Under the pieces are notes generated by a model that was given only the letters and a program-made list of their open reading frames with translations, did not search any database and was not told the origin of the DNA. This document shows positions 13,120 to 25,160 of a DNA stretch of 64,000 bases, one piece after another; the first letter of the stretch is position 1, and every line of letters starts with the position of its first letter. The DNA lies in assembly GCA_021613535.1 (NCBI GenBank), contig CP075495.1, forward strand, positions 15,872,001 through 15,936,000, given 5' to 3'. A program made the translations under genes and the position numbers. Origin of the DNA: Adineta vaga (taxonomy: Eukaryota; Animalia; Rotifera).

Positions 13120-14157
13120 ATGTTCGTTCGATTATTATTTTGTGTTTTTATTCCATTAATAACTAGTTATCCATCAAATAAATGTCCATCATCATATTGT
13201 TCAAATGACGCTGTTTGTGTTATTAAAGAAAATGAACCGATTTGTTATTGTTTACCTGAATGGGAAGGTGAACGTTGTGATTTAATTCGACAAGACAATT
13301 TTGATGAACAATTAGAAGATGAATTTGATGAAAGATCTATTATACGTAGTCCTGAATGTTTATTAGCACCACCAGGCATGTGTGTACATGGTGTATGTAT
13401 TTTTAATAATAATAATACATATTCATGTCAATGTCAACCAGAATTTATTGGAAAACGATGTAAAGAAGTATCACGTATGTTTTACTTTTTTTCAATGAGA
13501 TTTTAATGATAAAGATAATAAAATTAGAAATTATAAAAAATGATTTACTTTTTTTTAAGCTTGTGTGGGATATTGTGCAAATAACGGCAGATGTCAATTA
13601 GATGAAAAAAATGATCCATCATGTAATTGTAATGGTACAGGTTTTGCAGGTCCACAATGTAAAAGACTTGAAACAACATTACCACCTTCAACAACACCCG
13701 ATTCTCGTTGTGAACCAATGAAAGAAATGTGTGGTCATGGAACTTGTGGAATTGTTAATGATCGACCGAAATGTTTTTGTAATTTAGGTTATCAAGGAGA
13801 TTTTTGTGATGAAGTTCAATCAGGTAAATTTTATTCATTAATTTCAATTTGTTCTCTTTTTTGATAAATTAATTGTTTAGGAGGAGTTAATTCACCAACT
13901 CCTGGTCAACCAAGTACAACATTATTTCCAGGACAAACAAATCCACCAATTATTCCAGGACAAACAAATCCTCCTCAAGGTTAATTTTTCTAAATAAATT
14001 TGAAAAAAAATCAAATGAATCTATCTATTTAGCTGGAATAACATGTGCACAAAATCCTTGTCGAAATAATCGTCCATGTTATAATAATGGAAATTCATAT
14101 TTTTGTTATTGTGGAACACAATTTAGTGGACCTAATTGTGAAGTTTCACTTGGATAA
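13120..14157 (+). CDS. Secreted multi-EGF protein, paralog 1
   Basis: Signal peptide MFVRLLFCVFIPLITS, five EGF repeats, PGQ/TNPP linker, three introns, TAA 14155-14157. Confidence 0.85.
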
Positions 14158-14742
14158 AAAGATGTTTTATCTTTTATTTTATTGAATTTATTTCAACGAA
14201 ATTTTTGAATAAATTTGAATAAATAAAAGGCGAAAAGAAATTGAATTAAATGTAGAATACTTATTTTTAATAAATTCAAAATTAAAATAGATAAGTAAGA
14301 TAATTATCGAGAAATAGTTATATGAAAAATAATCTCTTTGATTATTTATTAAAGAATTAAATATATTTATTCTATTCAAATCTAATTTAAATATAAAAAA
14401 AAACATTTTCAAATATTATTATTTAAGATGTAGGTGTTCTTTTATCTATCTAAATTCATACTTTTATTCTTAGAGATGATTTTTGAATTATAAAAGAAAG
14501 GAATTTTTATTTTTATTAATGACAATTTGATTGAATTGACTAATATTTAAAAAGATTTTTTGATTATTTAAAGAAGAAAAAAAATAAATCTGAAAATAAA
14601 TTTAAAAAAGAATTAAATGAGTAATTTGATTTATTTATTAATGATTTATAAAATGAAATTTAATCTAAATTCTAATTTAAATAAAAGATTATCATTAGAT
14701 ATAAATATTCAGATGAGAATTATTTTCAAAAAAAGAAAAAAA

Positions 14743-15803
14743 ATGTTTATCAAATTTTTATGTTATCAAATTATTTTCTTTCAATCATTAATTAATGCTT
14801 ATCCATCAAATGAAAATCAAATTCAATGTTCATCATCATATTGTTCAAATGGAAATGGTATTTGTTTAATGGAAAATAATCAACAAACATGTTATTGTTT
14901 ACCTGAATGGGATGGAGAATTTTGTCAATTTACAAGAAAACCATCAAAAAATACTCAAAAAATTTCTAGAATTAATACAAGAAATACTCCATGTAGTTAC
15001 GTTCCTACGCTCTGCCAAAATCAGGGAGTCTGTTATGTAAACGATGACAAAAAAGTAGCTTGTCAATGTCCAGATCCGTATGACGGAGCACGTTGTCAAG
15101 AATATTCAGGTTAAATTTTTATTTATTCTATTTTTAAATCCCTGTGTTTCATTTAGTTTGCTATAATTATTGTTTTAATGGTAAAATATGTTCAACCACA
15201 GGAGATGGTAAAGATAAAAAACCGACATGTGACTGTGGAGGAGATTTTGAAGGAGATCGATGTCAGGTTAAAATAACAACAACAGTTGGACCAACAACAA
15301 CGACAGCAACAACAACAGTTTCAACAACAACTGATGTTATTTGCACTTTTTTACCTGATGGATATTGTAATACAGGAAGTTGTGTTGTTATAAATAATCT
15401 TGCTGTTTGTCAATGTCCACCAACACATTCTGGTGATCAATGTCAAAATGCAATTGGAGGAACACGTATATATTAATTTAAATTTCTTTCTAATTAAATA
15501 ATTTATAAATTTTAGCTGCACCTGGACAAACAAATCCACCAATTATTCCTGGTCAACCAAGTACAACATTATTTCCAGGACAAACAAATCCACCAATTAT
15601 TCCAGGACAAACAAATCCTCCTCAAGGTTAATTTTATAAATAAATTTGAAAAGAAATCAAATGAATCTATCTATTTAGCTGGAATAACATGTGCACAAAA
15701 TCCTTGTCGAAATAATCGTCCATGTTATAATAATGGAAATTCATATTTTTGTTATTGTGGAACACAATTTAGTGGACCTAATTGTGAAGTTTCACTTGGA
15801 TAA
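14743..15803 (+). CDS. Secreted multi-EGF protein, paralog 2
   Basis: ATG 14743 with signal peptide, YPSN...CSSSYCSN...CYCLPEWDGEFC, same exon layout as paralog 1, TAA 15801-15803. Confidence 0.85.
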
Positions 15804-16407
15804 AAAGATTTTTTCAGAATAATTAAGATCATTTCTTTTATTCGATAAATTTCCAATGAGAAAATAATATTTTTTTTTGTTATGAAAATCATTCGAATAA
15901 TTACAATAAAAAGAATGGTGATTCATTGGAAATTTTTAAACTTTAAAAAAACATGATTTATTTTCTTTATGAGATTAATCTGAAACATGTGAATAACAAA
16001 ATAAATGGAAAGAAATTTCAGGATGAAATAAGTTACTTATTTGTTTTCTATTTCAAAGCATATAAGAGGCAGAATCTTTCGTGAAAATAAATAATTTCTC
16101 TTCAATACAGACAAGTTAATGGAGAACTTTTTAGATATTTGACAAGATGAAGGCAATGTGTAAAGCCACTGCATGAGTAAGTAGTAGATCAGTCCAACTA
16201 AAAAAATCGTTCTTCTTACAGTAACATTATACATACGATGAGATTTGTTGTGATCAATTTCAAACATAAGCACAAAGTTAAAGAAAACATTTTCTTCGTT
16301 TGCATATATAAGAATTAATGACATCTATATTCTATATCTATATTCGAAAATCTATTTCGACATGACTGATATTTTCTTTCTTTTTCTGAACTATATCACA
16401 CATAACA

Positions 16408-16640
16408 ATGGCTAATAACAAAATAAAATATGTTTACATGTGATAAAGAAAAAGTGACTAATTTTTGTAAATCATGTTCCAAAGAATTTCATTTTATACA
16501 TCTGGAACAACATCGACAAACATTAAGTGAAAAATTAAATAAAGCTATTAATCACTATAATCAGTTTTAACCAGAAATTATAATGATAAAAATTTTAAAC
16601 CAAAAAATCTTTTCATAAAAAAATAAATCAACGGGAACAT
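16408..16640 (+). pseudogene. B-box-like/coiled-coil N-terminal gene remnant, disrupted
   Basis: Reads C.TCDKEKVTNFCKSCSKEF...HLEQHRQTLSEKLNKAINHYNQF* with a stop and frameshifts, and is cut off where the SGNH element begins. Confidence 0.5.
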
Positions 16641-19165
16641 GGCGGATCATTTATTGATCGAATTTCAATTACAGCATCAAAATTTGTCCACCTATTTCAG
16701 AACTCAATCAGGACTAGAAACAACAAGGTGCAGCAGTTGCTTGTGCAAATGGAAAAAGCAATCAACGAAATCAACTGAGTTTTCCAACTTTTTCATTTAT
16801 TTATTCATGTTAACAATGTCTTGTATTTCATCTTTTGGTACATATTCAAACTTATCTAATAAAAATTTTTGTTCTAAATTTCAGGCCGGTACAACGATAA
16901 CATTTAGTGGGTATACCAATATATTTACTGGTCAACATCAACAGCATGATTCATTACGTTTTCATTCGCAAGTTTCTCATTACAATGATATTAGAAAAAT
17001 TGATAAGAAAATTAATAATGCTGATACAATGATACCATTATTTAATCGTTTCGAAATATTATCAAAATTATCATCAAATATTAAACGTAATGATAATCAT
17101 TATCAAAAACTTCACCATTCATTAACATCAGAAATTATTGATGATACTTCCAAGAATAATATTATTAGAAGAAATACATTAGAAAATGATAAAAATTTTA
17201 AAGGAATTATATTATCAGATTCGATGTGTTCTCATATACGTACTTACACGATTAAAATATTTAATTTAATTGATATTGAATTATCTTATGAATCTGGTTG
17301 TGACATTAGTAAGGTGATAAATAAAGATTTCATAGTTTCTTCGTTAGGTACTAATGATGTGGTACGGTGTCGAGTAAATACTTCTTTGGAGCGTTGTAGT
17401 GAAATCATATGGTTTATTTTTCTTGAGAGTAGTGTAGAAGTAGAAAATATACCAGTAGTTAGATCATCAAAGGAGAAATATTCAGAAATTTTAAATTTAA
17501 CAGTATATGAAAATAATGAAAGCGATGAGAGTATACATAGTGATATTTTAAATGAGGCTATCTTATGAGATAATACAATTATAGATGTAGAAGAGAAAAC
17601 AAACAACAAAAGATGCAGATCACCAGATATATCAATAGATAAGAAAACAAAAAAGCCACGACTAGATACAACAGTATCAGATTCCAGTGAATCTTTTCAC
17701 AAAAGTGCATGTTTCAATCGTCCAGAATTTCTTCAATGGTTAAAAACGAATCAACATTTAAGGACGATAAAAAGTGGTGCAGTCAAGATTTGTGAGCTAT
17801 TAGATAAAATACGTATTGAAAATCCTGCATTAGATAAGATTTTTATTTCACTTGCCGAAAATAACGAGAAAGTGAATCCACATACATTCGAAATCGCACA
17901 AATAGTACTTCCTAAAGATTCTATCATTCTACCTTTAAAAATGAAAGCATCGAACTGATTCAGCAGCAACATACACCTGGAGTTTTGATATACCAGTCGA
18001 CAATCTAAAATAATATTGTGAAGAAATTTAGAAAGATATCTGTGATTATCCCCATCTTGACATACACCTATTGATTATCGACTATCGATTACAACATAAT
18101 TTCGTGTTTCTTGAAAGTGATCTGGCATCATATAACAAAGTCAAAGTTTTTCGTTGGCTATATGTTGGCCAGACGACAGCTAAATTATTACATGAAAACC
18201 AACGCGAAGCACCGTACTCTGATTTATCCGATGTACCCCATCGGTTAGCGATAGTCTCATCTGACGGTAGTCGAAGTAATTATATGTACTCATTGTAAAA
18301 AAGAGGTATTTGTAGATAAAGAACACCTACATCGGACTGTACGGAGAACTATTCAAACAGATGAAATGGTGCCCAAACAAAGATACGTGCACATGTTGTA
18401 TCCAGATCGAGCAAAGACCAGTAGATGACATCTCCCACGATCTTGCTCTTGACGTAATGTTATTAAAAAATGATAGTTTGAAACAGAAACGTCAACGAGC
18501 GAAACATGATACTCTGTACGCACATCGTATGGAAGTACGAACACAGAAAAATAACTACGGAAAAAACATAAATCTTTGATATCCCTGCCGAATAATCACC
18601 AAAAACAAACAAACAGAGGAGATAGGCGCCCAGTGACATCTAACCTATATTTCGTGCACGACTGGTGCCCTCTCAAAGGAAACATGTAACTCTTGCATTC
18701 ATATAGGAAATTGTCAATGTGAACAAGATCCAACCAAACTGCCGCCACCACAATGACAAAAGCACCATACCTCAATTTTGACTCCACAGGCTACCAAATT
18801 GAATGCGTACATTGCCACTAAATAGTACACCGATGAACAAACTGCACAACAAACAAACTAGTTCCCACAAAACTCTTCCGAAGAATGCCCTGGTGTCCCG
18901 AATCCAAATGGACACAGTGTATCATCATCAAAGAAAAACCACAACAACAAAACACTTTAATAAATCAGCAAAAAATTAGAAAGTTCAGGTAAAAATAAGG
19001 TAATATCTTGAGGGTGTGGAGAGATAGGAGTTAATTGACGGTGTGTAGAGGGTATGGGTGTGACTGTGTTTATGTAAAAGCCAACCATATTGGGGCGCCT
19101 AATAGCTGAATAATTGAATACTTGAATTCAACTTTCGAGTATGACACTACGAGCATCAGGTAATG
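16640..19165 (+). mobile_element. Decayed retroelement fragment with SGNH/GDSL esterase ORF (Penelope-like Athena/Terminon type suspected)
   Basis: ORF 16639..17568 contains PLFNRFEIL, IILSDSM (block I), YESGC (block II) and SLGTND (block III). Downstream sequence is GC-richer with broken frames, two Cys motifs and TGTGG-like repeats near 19010-19065. No RT motif was recognised. Confidence 0.45.
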
Positions 19166-19211
19166 TAAAATAAGATGGTCTATTATAGATAGTTTAGATT
19201 TTTATTTTTAG

Positions 19212-19339
19212 TTGAAGTAAAATATGCACAGAATCCCTGTCGAAATAATCGTCTATGTTATAATAATGGAAATTCTTATTTCTGTTATTGTGGAGCACAA
19301 TTTAGTGGAGTTAGTTGTGAAGAAGTTTCACTTGGATAA
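19212..19339 (+). pseudogene. Orphan third copy of the EGF genes' terminal exon
   Basis: tgcacagaatccctgtcgaaataatcgtctatgttataataatggaaattc...gtttcacttggataa closely matches 14044-14157 and 15690-15803, and is preceded by a ttttag acceptor. Confidence 0.8.
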
Positions 19340-19759
19340 AAAAATTTATCTTCTTCTGAAAATTTCTTAAATCTTAAATTTAATAAATAAAAGAAAAAAA
19401 GAAAATTTCTTTTGATTATCAGATTTTAGAATAATTTAGCGACATCTGAAAATGATTGAATTCGATTTGATACTATTTTAAAAATCTTGATCAATGAGTT
19501 TCTCCATTTTAATTTGAAGTTTTTTTTTAAATAAATTAAACTTCATTGCGATAATAAAAACAGAAAAACTTCAATTTTCTTTTTTCTTCATGTCTTCATA
19601 TGACATTAATTTCATTTTATGACAATTTATTTTACTTGGAAAAAACCAAGGTAAAATAAATTATACACTTTACCTTTTCTTTTTATATGAATATTTACTT
19701 TGAAAAGTAGGAAGAAACATTTTCAACGAAAAATTCTTTTGGGTATTTTTATTATTATC

Positions 19760-22700
19760 ATGGGAGACTCTGATACAAAAAAAAATTGGTTTGATTTACA
19801 ATTTCATGATGAAAATCATCAACAAATTAAAAAACCTCATGAAATTAAAAAATATATTTTATCGAAAGATTATTCAAATTTATCGATAGATGATAAAATT
19901 TTTAATCGAATCAAAGGTTCTTTATTTGGATTAACAATTGGCGATGCACTTGGAGCTCATGTAGAATTTCGACCAAGGGAATATTTAAAAGCACATCCTG
20001 TTTCAGATCTTCAAGGTGGTGGTACATGGGGTTTAGATAAAGGACAAGTAAGATTTTCTTTTCTTTTCTTCATATAATATAAGTTGATTTCTTATCGAAA
20101 TAGTTTACTGATGACACATCAATGGCACTCTGTTTAGCTAATTCATTAATTGCTTGTCAAGATTTTAATCCATATGATCAATTAATACGTTATAAATGGT
20201 GGTATCGTCATGGTTATATGTCATCAACTGGTCATTGTTTTGATATAGGTACAGCAACAAGACAATCTATACAAGAATTTGAATTAAGACAAAAAAATGC
20301 TGCACAAAAATGTGGACTTTCAATTGAAGAAATGGATCAATTAAATAATGAAGAATATCTTCAATTATTTGATGTTAATTGTAGTAAAGAAGGGGTCGCT
20401 GGTAATGGAGCATTGATGCGTCTTTCACCAGTTCCACTTTTTTTCTATCAAATACCTGAAAAAGCTGTTTTATATTCTGGTTTAAGTGCACAAATAACAC
20501 ATGGAGATAAAAAAGCAATTGATGCTTGTCGATATTATGCAGCTTTAATTGTTGCTGCGCTTCAAGGAAAAACCAAAGAAGAATTACTTGATAAAGATTT
20601 TCATTTAAAATATCAACGTTGGTTTGGAAATGATAAACTTCATCAAGATATTATTAACATTGCTGAAGGATCATTTAAAAAGCGTGGTGGTTATGATGAT
20701 GGAATTCGAGGAAAAGGTTATGTTGTTCAAGCACTTGAAGCTGCTTTATGGGCTTTTTGGAATGATGAAGATAAATTCGACAAAGGTGTTCTTGATGCAA
20801 TTAATCTTGGGGATGATACGGATACAACGGCAGCTATTTATGGACAATTAGCGGGAGCTTTTTATGGATTTGATAACTTACCTGGAAAGTGGCGTGAAGC
20901 GATCTATGCAAAAGAATTTATTTTACATATTTGTAATTGTCTTAGTTTTGAAAGTGAATTATGGTATAGAAAGCAAAATTCATTGGTTAATTCAAATCCT
21001 GTTTATCGAAATGATTCTTTTACAAGTATTAAAAATCGATTATCAAAAATGAATTCATTAGAACAAAATCCATTGGATGAAATTGAAAGAAAAGTTATTG
21101 ATCCAAATGGTTCTATTGGAGATTGTTATAATGCTTATAATGATACAATTATAAAATCTAATGAAAATTATATTAGTTTAATTAAAGAAGAAAAACAAAA
21201 TATAAAAGATTGTTTTATTAAACGAGGATATGAGATTGAATTTCAAAATTTATTAGAATTTCTTAAATTTGATAATGAACTTCGTTTAAGTTTATTATCT
21301 GGTCTTAGTTCATCTTCTGGTATTTCATCAATTATTAATTATCCTTATTTAATTGATGAAAATACTCGTCTTTTCTATTATTCATTAATTACAAAACAAA
21401 CACAAATAGATGAGAAAGAATTGAAATCTATTCAATCATCATTATCAACACATTTTATTAGAAAAATTCAATATGGAATTGAAATTGCCATACTTTTTAG
21501 ATTAAAAACTAAACAAATCGATATAATTGATCAAATATTAAATAATTTATGTCAATGTCTTACGAATGATACAAAATTTAGTAATAAATCTTCCACTGAT
21601 CAAATTCCATATTTTGCTATTTATTCAAATATTCCTTTTCTAACTGAACAAAAAACAATTCTTGATATTTATAATTCTATAAGAGAGATTCAACAACGGT
21701 CAGATATACATTGGCCAATGGTCTATTTTCTTCATCCTATTAAACAATTTTCGACTTCAAAAAACAATCCTCATAAGAATTTTTATAATCCAATTCAAAT
21801 AAAAATTTGTCAAATAATTGAACAATATTTTTTTCGTTTATTATTTGGAAAACGAATGTTAACAACAATTATTGGTGGTAAAACATCGGATTTACTTGAA
21901 AAATATCTTCCTGAACAATTAAATGAACAAAAAAGTATTTTACAATCAATAGAAAATGAATTTAATAAAGAAAAAAATGAAATTCAAAATTTAATTATTC
22001 ATATTCGTCAAACAAATAATTATGAAAAAATGAATCAATTTAAAATTTTATCGGAAGAAAATCAAATAAAATTAAAAAGAATTATAGATGATTTATTATT
22101 TCATTTAAGTAGTTTAAAAACCAAAGCTGATTTTATTTATCAATTGGAAACATGGGGATTTAAATATATCAATGCAAAACAATTTTCTTTTGAACAAGAA
22201 GACAATGATGAATCAATTGAAAAAAAATTAATTAAAGATAAATATCAAAGAATTATTTGTTCAAATGATTATTTAAATGAACGTAATTGGAATCAATTAA
22301 ATGATTTATTAAAAGAAATTAATGAAAAGAAAAAACAAGATAATCATTTAAATCTTTTATATTTAGATTTTTCATATTCAACATTTGAATTAAATCAAAT
22401 TAAAATATTTCCAATATATATTTCGACTTTTAATCACGATAATATTCCTAAAACTCCAAAAATCAAGATAAATCAATTAACTATTCAAGATGAAACAATT
22501 AATATATTACTTTTAGGAAAAATTAAATCAGGAAAATCAACATTAATTAATACATTTGGTGATTATATTAAATCTAAAACACGTCAAGATCATCAAATAA
22601 ATGTAATTATTTCATTTTTACATTTAATTGGAAATGAATTTGATGGACATGCTATTCAAATAGGTTCACATGATTTAAATGAAAATTATGATTGTGCTGA

Positions 22701-23958
22701 TCAATCCGTAACACAACAATGTAAATCGCATTGTTTTACATTAGAAAATCGACAAAAAATTTGTATTATTGATACACCTGGACTGGGAGATCGACGTGGT
22801 GAAAAACAAGATGATATAACTATGCAACATATTCTTTCTTATATTAATAATTTAACACATATTAATGCAATTTGTTTTATTATTGATTCAAATAATAAGG
22901 ATTTATCTGAATATGGTATTTATTTAAAACAATTATTACATTATTTTGAAGAAAATATTATTGAAAATATCTTTTTTTGTTTTACAAAATGTCTTCAATC
23001 AAATCTTGGTGATACAAAAAAACATGTTTTACTTAAATCAGTAGTTGATTCAATTCTAACAAAAAATCGATCATTTAATTCAAATAATATACTTTCTTTT
23101 GATAGTTCATATTTTATTCAATCAGTTACAGAACGTTATTGGGTAAAGTTGACTCAACAAAATCAATTAAATGAACAAAGTTTATTAATGACAAAAGATA
23201 GTTGGCAAAAACTTTTAAATTATTTCAAAACAAATTCAATAAAACCTTATTTTATTCATCAAGGTTTACAAAAAGTTGAATTCGTTCGTTTAGAACTTAA
23301 ACAAATTATTCGTCCAATATTTGAAACAATAAGAAATTTTATTCGAAATCAAATTTTATATCAATATTCTGGTGTAACTTCTTCAATTGTACTTCGATCA
23401 AAATCACTTGGACCTAATTTTGCAACATGTTATTCATGTCATCGTCAATCTAAACAATATGGACAATTTTGGATTTTATCTGATTCATTACATCATTTTT
23501 CTGATCAATGTCAATCATGTTCATGTTCTTCAAAAAATCATTTTCCAATAACATATTATCTTGAATATTATTATTCAAATAATCCATCAATATATCATCC
23601 AAATGAAATATCAAATTTTATTGAAAGCCTTCTTTCTAAAAGTGCACTTTTATCTGTTTATCTTCTTGATATCAATGAGCCAACAGGTGGTGAAGATTTA
23701 TTCTTAACATATCTGGAACATATGATTAATGATGAATTATGGATAAATCATAATAAAGCTTTTAATCGTTTTAATTCAAAACTATATGATCAACTTGTTA
23801 TAGCTAAACATCTTTATGTACAATATATTCAAAAGAATTTACGAAAACGTGAACGTAATGATTTAGAATTTATACAAAATTTACTAAATCGTATCAAAGA
23901 ATATCCAATGATATCGGAACAACTTCAAGCGAGTACTCAAATATCATCTATTCAATAA
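19760..23958 (+). CDS. ADP-ribosylglycohydrolase (ARH/DraG family) fused to an AIG1/septin-like P-loop GTPase with Cys/His-rich C-terminus
   Basis: ATG 19760 and one intron, 20048-20103, joining GQ|FTDDTSMA. ARH motifs GDALGAHVEF, TDDT, GNGALMR, THGD and GDDTDTTAAI. GTPase G1 GKIKSGKST, G3 DTPG, G4-like FTK. C-terminal CYSC..H..CQSCSC..H. The large exon is one uninterrupted ORF. Confidence 0.9.
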
Positions 23959-24306
23959 TTTATTATAAATAAATCAAAAGACATCTTCTTTTTTTTTCAG
24001 AAATTTAAAATAAAAAAATTGGATGAGTATGAAAATATCTTTTGTTTTTATGATTCATAAAATCTAAATAAAACGACGTAATAATATTTTGAAAAGGTAA
24101 ATATCATTGATGAAATGTCAATCAAGAAAAGAAGCAAACCCTTGTCAACTTAACGTTATGGTTGATTACACATATATTTTCTAATATAGAAGAAGAAGAA
24201 GAAAAAAAAACGACGTAGATAAAATATATCAACTGATCATGAATATATTCATTTGAGAAAGGAAAAAAAAACAAACAAAATATTTTCTTTTTTTTCTTGA
24301 TTGAAA

Positions 24307-25056
24307 ATGACTGAGTAAGATTTGTTTTTGTTTTTCTCTAAATAAATATTTTTTTTTTCTTTAAAGAAAAGAAGTTAAACATCAAATATCTTTATCAACA
24401 ATTGTTGTTATAATTCTTTTAATATTAATTATAATTGGTGTTACAATAACAATACCAATACTTTATTCAACAGCTGAAGGTGATACATCAAATTCAACAT
24501 CAATCTATGCTCCAATAGGTAAAATTGATTTTCTTTTAAATAAAATTTTATTTTATTTTATTTTTTAAAAAAAGAATATGTAACAAATGAATGTACACAA
24601 TCGATGTCAAGTATAACAATATTAAATTCATTAATTGATCAAGAACCATTTCCATATCGTTATTATAATCATATTTATCGTCCAAGTGTTATTTTAAAAA
24701 CAGTTTCAATTATATTTGGTTTTCGTCATGATATTAAATCATGGTCATTAGATAAAATATCTGTTATTGATACAACAACAAATATTGATGTTATTCAAGA
24801 TGGTGATTTTGAATCAAATTATTTAAATCAATCTTATGCTCAATGTATTTTATCAAATACAAGAAATTCAATAAGTGATATTTTATTTGATTTACCTTAT
24901 TCAAATGATTTTTATTATAATGATCAAACAAATGTTGGAATGACTTATTTAAGTCAAATTATTAATATTGTTGGAGGAAGATATTATAATATTTCATTTT
25001 ATTTAGAAAATAGAGGTTATCCAAATAATTTATTTGTTCTTCTTGTTGGAGCTTAA
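24307..25056 (+). CDS. Type II membrane protein with galactose-binding/CBM-like beta-sandwich domain
   Basis: ATG 24307 with gtaag intron; TM exon TIVVIILLILIIIGVTITIPILYS; last exon with GFRHD..WSLD.ISV.D...QDGDFES...LSQ....GGRYYNISFYL. Confidence 0.55.
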
Positions 25057-25160
25057 ATTATATAAACTCAATTTTATTTTTTCATTTATTAAATAAATAA
25101 ATATAAAGTAAAGTAAAGACAAAGTTTTTTTTTTAAATAAAGAAATAAATAAATAAAGTT

